A DNA stretch of 64,000 nucleotides from Glycera tridactyla (lineage: Eukaryota). Shown one piece after another: positions 39,258 to 52,220 of the stretch. The notes under the pieces are model-generated. The model saw nothing but the letters and a program-made list of their open reading frames with translations. It did no database searches and was not told the DNA's origin. The translations under genes and the position numbers were made by a program. The stretch spans positions 51,770,001-51,834,000 of the forward strand of contig OZ286477.1 in NCBI GenBank assembly GCA_965644265.1, read 5' to 3'. Each line of letters begins with the position of its first letter. Position 1 is the first letter of the stretch.

Positions 39258-42200
39258 ATGAGTGATAAAATCAAGTGCAAGGTTTGCCGCAGCTATGTTA
39301 ATAATTTAAAAATCCACATGCAAATCCACACAGGTGAGAAACCATACACCTGTCATATATGTAATAAGGCCTTCAATCAGACATCAAATTTAAATACACA
39401 TCTGAGGTCGCATTCAACTGATAGGCCATATAAATGTGATCAATGTGGTAAACTGTTCAAATCACAAGGGGTTTTGAAATCTCATGAGCGAGTGCATCCA
39501 GATGAGAAACCATATGCTTGCCGCTATTGTACTCGATGTTTCAAAGATGCCGGTGATAGAGGTAAACATGAGAAAACCCATACAGGTGTCAAGCCATTCC
39601 AGTGTACAACTTGCTCAACATGTTTTGCTAATTCTGGCACCTTGAAACTGCACATCAGGACGCACACAGGAGAGAAACCATATAAATGTAAATATTGTGA
39701 AAAATCGTTCTCATCGGGATCCTACCTAACGATCCATCATCGTCTTCACACAGGAGAGAAGCCCTATCAGTGCTCTTTCTGTTTCAAAACCTTCCGTCAG
39801 CCATCAAACCTACTTAGGCATACTCTGACACACACTGGAGAGAGAAATTTCAAATGTGGTGAGTGTGAGAAATGTTTCCCATCCCTTGCTGGCCTCAAAA
39901 TTCACATCGAATCACATTCATTGGAGCGAAAGTTGTACCCATGTGATCAGTGCAGTCACCAAGCAACCCGTTTAGACTGTCTAGAAGACCACAAACAGAG
40001 AAAGCATGGGAAGCCTCATATATGTAACCATTGCAATGTCACTTTCAGGCATAAGGTCATGCACACAAAACATATGATTCTTCATAGAAGTCAGAATGAA
40101 ATCAGATGTCATGCATGTGGCAAGAAGTTTAATTATGTCACAGATTTTCAAACTCATCTTTCTGTTCATGTCAAGTGTAAGATATGTGGCTTGGCTTGTA
40201 CTAATAGTGAATCTTTGAAGAATCACTTGCAAGGGCATGATACTAAGAAATCAGTATCATGTAAAGTATGCAACAAAATGTTTCGAAAGAAAGGATCTCT
40301 CAACATTCATATGTTCAAGCACACCAACGAAAGACCATATCATTGTAAATTTTGCAATGCAACATTCAAGTCTTTTGGAGAACTGGCTAAGCATCACAAA
40401 AAAGTACACAGTTCTGAACCACCACCTGTCAACAATATCAAGTTTCCTTGTGATGAGTGTGATCGTATATTCAAAACGGAATATGTTTTGAAAACGCACA
40501 AACAAAAATTACATCTAAAAAATGGTAAAACAGGGAATGAGAGACCACATCAGTGTAACTTCTGCCATGCAACATACAAATCATTCCCAGAACTGGTTAA
40601 GCATCACACAAAAAAACACAGTTCAGAACCACCACCTATCAACGATATCAGCTTCCCCTGTAATAGGTGTGATTGTATATTCAAAAGGGAATATATGTTG
40701 AAAATGCACAAACAAAAAATACATCTAAAAAATGGGGAAAAGAGAAATGTCTCAGTACAAAAAATGAAAAATGGATCTATCCTGTCTGAACCAACCTCAT
40801 CGATTACAAAATGCTCAGATCTGAAGTACAAATGCACAATATGCAATCATAATCTCCAATCAGAGACCTGATATCAAGTACACATGACATCTGAGCATGG
40901 CCTTGGCAACTCCACAGTAAAAATCGTATCTGATACATCAATTCAAAAGGCCAGTACAAGTATTGACTCCAGATCATCTGACACTGTGCAAGAAAATGCA
41001 GATCTTGCGAATCAAGATCATAGTATGGAAGTGGCTGATCCATCGACTAAGTCTACAGAAGACCCTCTACAGAACTTGATCTTACCTCCTGGAACAGCTG
41101 AGCTCTTGAAAGAACTGACAGTGTCACTCGTGAGAATATCAAATGAGGTTCACCATCATACAGTATCAGACCAGATTAGTTGTGAGGCAATGCAAGGGTC
41201 AGATGATGTCATGGATGACCAGTCATCGATAGATGCTTCTTCCTGTATTCAAGCCATGTCAGCCAGTGGTGATGCCGAGCTGCATGAGCATTGGGCACCC
41301 ATCATATGGTCATATCATGCTGCTTGTCAAGATATCAGAGATGTTACTACACATAACCCAAATGTTATATGTACACCCAATAGTATTGAATGTCCAACAA
41401 GAGCTGCATATTCTTCATCGACTCGAAATGCATCTGAATCTGATACTGATCTTACAGAAGGTGCAGAGTGCTACACAAATGATAAAATGCAAATGACTGA
41501 CCAACCAAGAGTTGCTTTGTCAAATGGATCAATCAATACCAGACGCATACAGTTATGTGAGTAGTCCAAGGGGGGCAACAAAAAGGGATACCTGACTTTG
41601 CAGAGAGGTCCTGATTCCAGCAAACCATTTCAGTGTGGACTATGCCGTAAGAACTATAGTTCGAAACGTGGTCTGAAGAGGCATCACAGAAAGAAACATT
41701 CAGAAGAAACATTTGAATATGAACATATTGAAATGATGCATACACAAATATCTACAATTCCTAGCAATGTGCATCCTGCTGTCTGGCCTTCGACATCGAC
41801 AGGAAAGCCTTCTGTGCAAAGCAAGGGTACATTCACTTGGGGAGGGGATACCGTAAGATATCTTTTGAGCTCCCAGGTCAGAGGTACTGCGGTATCTACC
41901 AGAGGCAGTCTTGTTGAATGTAATACCAAGTGTATTTTGGGCAGTCTGACCAAAACTAATACAGGATATCTTTCAGTCGATGGGATTGCAGACAATACAA
42001 ATCATGCTTCAGACTATCCTGCTGAGGGTATGACAGAACACCCCTCGGATGGTCTGGCCAAAGATGAAGCAGCATATTCTCCAAGCAATGAAACTGAGGG
42101 TTGTATGAAAGATCCTTCAAGCAATGTGTTGGATGATTGTTCAAAACTCCTTTCAGGCAAGCAGGCCAAGGGTTGTACAAAGCATCCCCTTAGTAGTAAA

Positions 42201-43094
42201 TATGATGCAGATAGATATACTGAGGCAAATGGTATCACACAACAATGTTCAACTAGTCATATCAAAGGATGCAAAGAAGATCCTGGAGACACAGATGCTG
42301 AGGGTGATATGAAATATTTTCAAGTTGATATGGAGCATCCTTCTGTCTGTCAGGCGGATATAACCACAGGAGACCTTTCAGGTAGTCATCCCAAAGACAT
42401 TGACACTTTGAATAGTGATACAGAACAGCCCTCACGAGGTGCGACAAAAGATGACACAAAACATCCTGAAGGCTATCAGGCTCAGGATATTGCAGAACAA
42501 CTTTCAGGGAGTCAGACTGAGGGTCACTCAGGACATCCTGCAGCCTTCAAAGCTGGGTGTGATATGCAAGCTGCAGACATTCATGCTGAGGGTACTGGCA
42601 GACATTCAAATAGCCTTACTGCCAATGACTCTGATACCAATTCCCAGAAACCTACTTGCCGACAATGTGGTAAACAATTCAAATTCCTCAAAGGTTTAGA
42701 CTGGCATATGGTGAACAAGCATGGGCAAAACATCACCAACGAAACTAAGCTGATTGTATCATTGGTGAAGACTGAAGTACGGCTGGAATGTACTGATGAA
42801 AATGGTCAGAGGAATCAGAAATATTGTGTTTCAGGTCTTGCATCACAATCAACCCAGGAAAGTGCACTCCAAAAACCAAAAACGGGTAATGAGGAGAGAT
42901 GCAGGGATGATGGATATCCCATGTCAGAGGCTGCAGTTGTTCAGCATCGAGACCCAAGGAAACAGAAGACAGAGGAGAATCAAATTGAAGATAGCCTCTT
43001 GAAACAAACTCACTCAGGACTGAAATTATCATGCTACTGTGATCAAGTTTTCACTGATATGTCTGCATTTGCCAAACTATATGGAAGGGCATAG
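39258..43094 (+). pseudogene. C2H2 zinc-finger gene copy C, disrupted
   Basis: Near-identical to copy D but with TGT>TGA (40869-40871), CAG>TAG (41562-41564) and a 133-bp deletion after 43073 that removes the normal stop. Confidence 0.9.
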
Positions 43095-44397
43095 GAGTCA
43101 TGTATCTCCTCAAACTCAGGCCTCACCTCACTTGAAGCGCCGAAGTCATTGTGATTCAGTTGAATCACGGGATTGCCTGCAAAGAACAGTTATTTCTACG
43201 TCGTCATGCTGATGTGGCAAAAAATCCTTTTGCCTGAAGGAATCAGGCAGGTCTGCTGTAAAGTGAACATGTCATGTGTACCCAGTGCATGTAAAGCAGC
43301 CAAGCATTTGGTCAGTCGGGCATTAGACTTTCTTTGAATTGAAGAAAGCTAGTATGAATCGTGTAACTATCTTTAGATGTAGAAAGTGTGACAAGGCATT
43401 CACAAAGAGGGAAGCATTGGCAGGTCATATGAAGTCACACTCAGTGAAAACTCAGCACATGTGTTATTTTTGTAAGAAGATATTTCTGCAGTATTACCTC
43501 TGTGAAGTTTGTCAAAGGAAACAGAATTCCTGCAGAAAATGGAAATCTGCTAAGCAAAGCTTTTGTTGAATATTAATGTGCATATTGTGTTAAATCATTC
43601 ACGACTCATCATGCATTGTCGAATCATTTGCTGAAACACTAGGCTGATGAGTATCACTGTGAGAGATGTAGCAAGGTGTTCCGTGATTAGACTTCCTTAA
43701 AGACCCACCAGCAAATGCATGAGACCTACAGTATGTGCGTTCACCCCAGATTCAATGCTGACATGGAGGGAGTTGATATGCAATGCTCTCATTCTCAGAA
43801 TGTTGTCAATAACGTCAAGATTAATGTACCGCCCAAAACCAACCAAACGGAAGAAACTGATGAATATATCCAGAATCAGCAAGCCAACTCTAAAATGGTT
43901 GGTAGTTTGAAGTGTAAATAATGTGGAAGGAATTTCAAAAAGAAGTGTACCCTCTCAACCCATATGAAAGTTTATCTCAAGTGGTCCGTTGTGCAGAATC
44001 ATTTGGTCCTGCCTGCAGGTCCTAATGAATTACAGGATGTGGTGATGCAACCTGACTTGAAAACATTTCTACTACATCTTGAGAGGCCATCATCTGTGAA
44101 TTCTGCTTCAGATCATATAGTGATCAATCCAGAGCCAGAATTGAATTTGAACTTTTGCAAACCCCATAGTATTGCAAAGCGTCTTGTTCTATACCAAAAA
44201 TGCAACTGCAGGGACCATCACTTGATAGAACAAGTGTGAGTCACACTACATTGCACTTTGAAGGCGATTCTGTGACGAAATGTCCGCTACTACATTATTC
44301 ACTAGCTAGTGACCATTCCAAAGAGAAGGCAAATAAAGATGTCATTCACATCACAGATGAATTGGAAGATGATGATTGCTATGTTATTGTTGAATAG
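43095..44397 (+). pseudogene. Decayed zinc-finger tail, copy C
   Basis: D-like to ~43331, then B-like; ends ...DDDCYVIVE-stop. Confidence 0.65.
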
Positions 44398-47300
44398 CGG
44401 GGGTAGTAAATAGGTCGTCTCGTTCTGCATTTACATGGACATAAATTAATTCTGAATCAGCAGCCTATACCAGACTGCCCTGTTTCCCTCATCGCTGGTA
44501 CCTACATCTCAGAACCCATCCCAGTGATATAGCATCTGGTGAAGAACCCGAAGTTTCACCCTTTGGGAGGGCTTTAGGTAGCATAAGTTGTAGGGCATTT
44601 ATACGAATTAAATTAGTGCCATTGCCCTATTAGTACGCCCATCGTTGCCCCAGCAGATACCTTCATCTTTGTCAATCAATTAATGTTTTCCATGGCTCAG
44701 GATGACCCATTTTGGGCATTGCATTACTATCCCCCCCCCCCCCCCTGTATTTTACTGCTGATAAATCCACAGTCTGATGAAGTCAAAGAAGGTTGAAACA
44801 AACAATATACCAGTACAGCTCGAAGTAATCAGTGGTCCATCCCGGGTCCATCCCAGGTCAAAGACAGGATTCGAGTTTCCGTGCCCACTCAGATTGAACT
44901 AGAAATGACACCCTGAATTTCCATCAATTTGCAAAATATTTCGCCTCTTTATGGGGCCAAAACATGTGGAATCTTGGAACGAATCAACCCATGCATTGAT
45001 CAGATCGAAACTAAAGCTGCAGATGAAACATCTATGAGAAAGAAAAAAAAGAAAGAAAAAAAAAACATCTAAGAGTGCAATTTCAAGTAATACAGTTGTC
45101 CATCTAGAGTCTTTGGAGAAATCAAAACCAGATTCGAATCATCCAGAATCTCACTGTGCTGTAGCTCCTTTTGTCTCAGAATCTACATGAATGATGCTCA
45201 CTGGCAGACTATTGTGAACGTTCATGGTTGTCCATTCACCAATTCAAGGTGGTCTTGAGTGTGCATGTAGAAATCATCACCAGTAACATCACTATACATG
45301 AAGAATGGTACCCAACATGCCAGTTCTGGGCCATTAGAGCTGCATTGAGGTCAGCCGGGAATAGTGATTGCATTTTACTGCAAGTGTAGGACATATGTTA
45401 TTATGAAGCTGATCTGGAGTGGGGATTCATATCGTCACGCATTGGGTATTCCTGAACACAGTACATTCGTTTGTGTTATGCACAATGCATGGATTCAAAG
45501 CATTGCTTTCAATCATGAGTGTCATCCTGAATCGACTTGGGTTGAAGCACTTTCCCAAATCGAATGAACCCATTTTCAAATATTTCGTGTGGAAATCTCA
45601 AACAGAAATAGTCCTGGTATAATATGAATGCAACCCTGCCTGTTTCAGAGGAACCTTACTGCACATTCCCAGATGACTATAACTCACTCGAATATTACAG
45701 AGTAACTTGCTAAATAGAAAAACAATTGAATGCCCCATTCTGCCTGGAATTCCTTTGGATAGCATGTTGGGGATATTTGTATAATGGTGATCTGAGTGAT
45801 ATTCTCCACCAAACTGTACTTTATTATAGCCTGAATACGTAGACATGAATAGGGTTGCATTCTGAAATGATAGGGGTATTCCACACATTTCATCAAGTGT
45901 CGGCTGCAATTTAAGGTATTTAGAAACAACAATGCCCCTACATAATCACATGGGCATCACAATATTGCACATTTGGTGCTGATGTGGCATTAAACCAAAA
46001 GCAAGCATCCCCCAGAATCGTCAAAGAAATTGCAGTTTTATGTATTTAGTAACCCATTGGCTAATGCCTCCTATCTCAATTTCGGACAGTGGGGTTACTC
46101 CAAACAGCATGATATTTATCCTTATCTAAGATAATTCTATTGTAATTATATGAACCTCAACTAGTTAGGATGAGTTTGTTACTTTTGTCTTCATACTGGC
46201 CCGCTTGAAGATAATAGTGTAAGATAATGTATCTTAGCAACTCATAAATGATTGGTAATTACCCTTGACTAGTTGAGATGACTTCATAGGCCCATTTTCA
46301 TGCTGACCTGCCTATAGATAATGATGTAAATAAATATGATTAATTAGTGAATTTCTTTCTGAATGGGGTAGGCCTGCTTAGTGGGTAGTGAATTGGTATC
46401 TTTGATCATTTAGCAATTTTTTCATGTAAACATTTCGGTTGTTGACTTACAATGTTTTTTTCTGAATTTCATGTACAGTGAATCCGATTTCAGCAGAGTG
46501 CAAAAGCCTTATGGTGGGAGGATGTGAATTTGTCGGAAGAATGAAAAGCCTCGACAAAAGTTGGATTGGTGGGACTCAGTAGTAACTCACATTACTACAC
46601 TGATGAATTGGAATTTGTGTCTCAGTTATGCATTATTCACACAATTTCAGCCATGAGCTAGCCTGGTTTCAGCCTGTTCACCTTTCTCTAACTTTGGCAT
46701 ATTTGGAGAGCAATTTTTTTCCCTGCTCCTGAAAGGAGAGTGGCGGTGAAAGTTTTCTGTGGAGAATGTTCAACATGTATTGTTAACTGATAGTCACTCA
46801 TGAACACAGTATAGATATTCTCGTATATTATGATATGATTAAACCAAAGAAATATCTAGGAGGAAGAAAGATGAGTTTCACAGATCACCCCATCTTAAAC
46901 CTCATTCTCTTCATTTCCATGTCTCATCTTCACTGGCTCAAAGTTTCAAGGCACGAGAATTGATCAGAGTGCCTTTCTGATACAAATAACTAAGGAAAGC
47001 CTTAATCCTAACAAGAGGAGAAACCTGTGGGAGTCATAGACCAGGGATACATAGCATACATAATAGTTTGGGTTGATACCAATCGGTAATCCTCAATCGA
47101 ACAAAACCAAACCACCCCACCTGACTGAATGACATGTCATATGGAGAAAAAGGGAAGTAATGCGCACTTGAAGAATACTGGAATCAAAGAATTTGAGACT
47201 GTATCTGCCCCATCTTCCCATGCATTTGCCCTAATTTGTCAAATGCTATGATGTGCACATGTTAGGACTGTCCTTTTTCTTAACGAATGTCCACCATGTA

Positions 47301-49072
47301 GAAAAATAGTAGCATTTTCACGTCTGCAGGAAAAAGATGACACTCATGAAAGACATTCTTGATGAGTTTGAATGATTTATTTGATCTCTCCCATTGGTTT
47401 TATCTGGGTAGGTTCACATGCATATGAGATAAGATATGTTATTTCGAGTCTTCGCTCTCGAAATTCACACTCATGTATGTATGAATGTAGATAGATGGAT
47501 GGATTGATTGATGAATATATGGATGCATGGATAGATACAGACAGATAGACAGGTGGAGAGAAAGACCTAAATTGCTGAGAATGTTACAATACCTGCAGTC
47601 AGTCACATAGATAGAAATGGCATTGTTGGGTTCATTCAGATTCACGTGAGGCGCATGAATTGTATCCGAACTTGTGAAATATAGCTAGTGTGACACGGAA
47701 TTTTGATCAGTCAATGAGCTGAAGGGTTTTACATATCGCATTCAGTGTCGAATGTCTCAGTCAGTAACCTGGAGATTGCAGCATTTGGTACTACCTTATT
47801 TTCTGCCTTCCGCCTGAACTGACATGATCCATACTGATGCGATTCATTTTTTTCTTAATCTTTGAACATTAACCTTTGATTATTGACGTGCACTTGCTTA
47901 TGACACTTGCCGATAGTCAAAATCCAAATAAATGACATAATTCTCTTCTTTTCCACCTAAAGTAGGAGAATTTTAGTCTTCCGTGAACTCCATTGTTGGG
48001 AGTAGCAATTCATGCCGAATGAATATCATGGGTCAACCATTGTTCTAGCTTCAATTTCTTCTATCAGCATATATTCACTCAGTTTTGTGTGTCTTGTTTT
48101 CTCTGGGAATAAGTCATATTCATTCAGTTAAGTATCTCAGTTTGCCCACTTCTTATGTTTTGAAATGAATAAATCAATGTGTTCACAATTACGTAATGTT
48201 GTTCCTTCATGGTTACAGGTGTCCCTTCATCTGAATCATCATGTGTGTAAGAGTGAGATCAAGAAAACTTTTATTGCTTAAGATTAATACAGATCACATA
48301 AGACCTCAGGAGGGTTGGAGGGGGGTCATGTGACATGCTCATGCAAACATATACAAAACTTGGATATACCAAGGGAAATGAGTAATTGAACATTGTAGGT
48401 GACTGGAGACTCAGAAAAGTTGTATGAAGCGGAGGAAAGCTTAACATAAACAGGGGATAAATGATCTGAGGTATAAAGCGGCAGACAAAGCCATGCTTTC
48501 GTGACTAACCTGGTATGTTCTGTGAGATGCTGAGCACAAAGGTAATAATATGATATAGTAGTTAACAAGCATTACCACTGATTCAGCCCAGGATAATAAT
48601 GGTAATTTTCAGAGCCTGCAAGATAGTAGACTCTGATATTGTGGACTCAGATTGCAAGGAGTATTGAGATGTCTATTATATGTTTGAACACATGGCTCCC
48701 ATTCACGGTCTCTATCCAGGTCCTGGTGGAGATTTTGTGGCAGAATATTGCCTACTGATCTCATCAATGGTACAAATGTATTTATTTTTCGGCTACCTGC
48801 AGCCTGGCTTGGGGTATCCATCATATATGTTGTCAGGATCAGATAAGAAAGGATACATCATACTATGGTATAAAAAGAGAGCCATCTCCCTGGTTATTGA
48901 AGGGTGGATTTAGTATAGAGCTCCCCTTTGAAAGTTTCCTTTACATATGATTTATTCAAGTTGATCCTCAAAAGATAGGCTGGGATCTAGTATGACGTCG
49001 AGTAAGTTATTTTTCACTACTTAATTTTCATGTATTGCCAGTTTCGAAGTCTCTAGGCTGTTCCAGATAGAA

Positions 49073-49823
49073 TCGAATTTGACTTTAATATGTCTAGGTT
49101 AAGCTTTAACGAGGCAAACCATACAGAGACGTCGGACAATTCACTGTTCATTAAAGGCTAAATTTCGTCAATAGAATATCCTGTGAATAACAGGGCTGTA
49201 CCATCTGCATAAGAATATGGATGACAGAAGTTACTTTGTTGGCTGATTGCATTATGGTGTATGATTAAAAGTAGAGGGACTAAAATGGAGCCCTGGGGCA
49301 CATCATAATCCACCCGCAATGGATGGTAAACAGGGCCCAATTTTAGTGGACTGTGTACAGCCTGATGGGTATGAACATAGCTAGTTGCTCCAGAGTATTT
49401 CTCACTATAAGTAACCTGTATTAGACAACAACCTGTCTCAGGCAACCACATTTCACTGCCCCAAGGGTGGTTGCTGAATACAGGTTTGACTGTACGATAG
49501 CTTTTCACATTTCTTGTATCAAATGCCTCCTTCAAGTCCAGGAACAAGACGCCACTCAGTATCTTTTCATAGGATGACTGACAGTTATCATCTAGGTAGC
49601 CAGCCAGGCAAGTCCCTGTGGAGTATCCCTTTCTGACCCCAAATTCAGCCGAATTGTGTCAATGTGTCAGCCGAATTGTGTCAATGTGTCAACAGTCTTG
49701 TTATTGTCATGTACATTTTATCGATGACAGGCCTCTCAACAAGCTTGCCCAAGACAGACAAAAGGGAAATCAGCCTAAAATTGATGGTTCATGATTTTGA
49801 GTATGGTGGGAAGACAATTATAA
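49073..49823 (-). pseudogene. LINE RT relic, spacer C
   Basis: Duplicate of 36110-36860 (ORF 49158-49547). Confidence 0.8.
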
Positions 49824-50176
49824 GTGTCTACTACAGATTCCTTCTGAACAAGAAAAACTTCGAATGCCTCCGTAGTTGGATGGCCTCAACATGTTTTTGA
49901 CCTCTATATGACCTTGCCAACTATCTGCATGTAACTATGAGTCGTTTTTCGGCGATCATTGTTCAATTAACCTATTGGAGGTACAGTAGTCATGGTAAAA
50001 TCAGGAGAAAGTGTCCTATCTTGGAACAAAGTGGTCCTATCTCGTAGATTTCAAAGGGAATAGCTGAACAAGGTCCTTATCGATACCTTAAGTGGATTGT
50101 TAGGGCCATCAAACCAGGACACCCAATACCTGTGGATAGTTATCTTTTTCTTCACCACTTTTCTTTCCCTCTGAGC

Positions 50177-50353
50177 GCCTGCCTCGGTGGCTCAGTGGTA
50201 GCGTACTGGGCCGGCATGCAATGGGTCTGGGGTTCAATTCCCGGTCCTACCATACAGGAACGTTTCACCCTCCATCTTCACTCCTCCTTGGCAGGTGGTC
50301 CGATTTAGCCTACTCAAGTGCGGAAAGTGAACCTAAAACAACACCATTTCCAT
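50177..50353 (+). mobile_element. tRNA-derived SINE (duplicated copy)
   Basis: Same as 37214-37390 with the same 13-bp TSD, copied with the segmental duplication. Confidence 0.88.
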
Positions 50354-52220
50354 TTTCCCTCTGAGCCTTTCTTATTTCTTCAGTGAAAGGGTCCTAGGTG
50401 TAGGTGGGTCCCTATGCAAAAAGCAGGTACCAGGCACACCAGTTCTGGATTATTTTGGCTGCGACAAGTGGTGCACTTCGTTTAAAAAGTAAACATCGCT
50501 ATTGTGCTTGACTGTCAGCTTCCAGGCAACCTGCAGACTTGTTTCTGATATCCTTTGTGACTATGTTCATATAGTAATACTCTAACTGAAATCGGATCAG
50601 CCTTCCCTTCAGATCATGATTTTCTGTGAAACTCATACATTTTCATATTTTGTCTGGGGCCCATATAGTGCTCATGGGACATGAAACAAACAGGCAACCA
50701 AGTGCCATACGAGACTATGAATTTGTTGCTCCATCTTAAGTGGCAATTCTGTGTGACAAAAAATCCCCAGTGTCAATGACAGTATCTGATATTGGGAAGT
50801 AATCTGGATTTCGTGGTCGTTAAGATTAGATGGTACAACCATGGAGTCATCTCAAGTTGCCTTCACTCATAATCTTGGACATTAATGAGAAATTTTTGCG
50901 ACCAGCCCTATTTGAAGCATCAGCCATTCCCTTCTTTGGGAAATGATCCTTGTGTCTCAAATGTGAATGATGTACCGAGGATAATCTTGTTTCTCATACC
51001 AAAACCTGGAAGTGACATTCTCATGCCCCATTTGACCTGGTTTCCTGGTTCCATTCCTGACCACTTTTTTCCTGACATTTATCTTGAGGATATATCAATA
51101 CCAAGCTACCATTAAAATATCTATAGATCCTGACTGTACGAAGTGAACTGGAGTGATTGGGCCCATTGGACTAGTACTTCACAAAAAATAGTTACTTCAC
51201 GGTCGATTTTCTCTGGGCAGTAACTAGTTCACGATCGAGGGTAACTGTTGCAGTCGAATGCAAATGAAAGTTCACGATTTTTCGTGCTTCACGAAACCGC
51301 CCAGTTGAATGGGCCCATAGTCTTTAAGGTCAGTCTGTTTTCGTTCCTCCCAATATCTTCCATGATTATGTTCATATTATTCCCAGGCAGCCGAATGCCA
51401 CTGAGCAGCTTCTGTTTTGGGATACTAGCAGGTCATAAATGCCACCACATCAGAAATTAGATCCTTTCATCTGAAGTCCTATTAGCCTTCATTCGTGATT
51501 CTTTGGAGAAACAACTTACTTGACATATGGCTGCAATGGGCCACGAGTCACACATTTGCTGTCAAGTGCTGATTCGAGAAATTCAGTCATTAGCAAATAG
51601 CATGTGTATTGCCTTAGATGCTCTTTCATCAATCTGTTCACAGATCGGGCATTGAGCCACTGATATACTGCCTGGGGTTGGATGACTACTATTGGAAGAT
51701 ACCCAGATGAGTACCAATCACTGATGAACAGCCTGGAAGGAAATGCTGGCCAGCATCACAGATTCCTGATCTTTACAGTGGTGTGATTCATCGAGAGAAA
51801 ATACGCAGAAATAAGTAAGATTCTGTGGATTCATCTGCATGGAAAGATGATAGATATCTCGCTTTATAAGTGGATAAGATTGAGAATCCCACGTATGCAT
51901 GCACGTATCTTTATCTATGGGGAACTCATGAGTACACAAGCGAGTGCTTATAGCCTCCCTAGTTGAGCTGCTGGAGTCTGAAACATATGATCATACCCTG
52001 TTGGTTTTCATGATGACGTATGTCTATTTTACTCTCAAAAACTGCCAGCCTTCGGTGTATATGATGCTTCTTTATGTAATTCGCGTCCATTGTTATGGTC
52101 TTATTATTTCTTAGCTCAGTGATTTTGATGTGTATATTCTTTTTCGGTCTATTTGGTTGACACAGAGTGGTACCTTCTGCTATCTTCTTGCATTTATGAA
52201 CCAGCCTAATCAGCTCCAAC

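Larger units (their letters stand above)
30373..43331 (+). repeat. Tandem segmental duplication, block 1 (~12.96 kb)
   Basis: Near-identical to 43332-56427 at offset ~12,960 (13,096 after the 133-bp deletion); only scattered SNPs seen. Confidence 0.92.
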
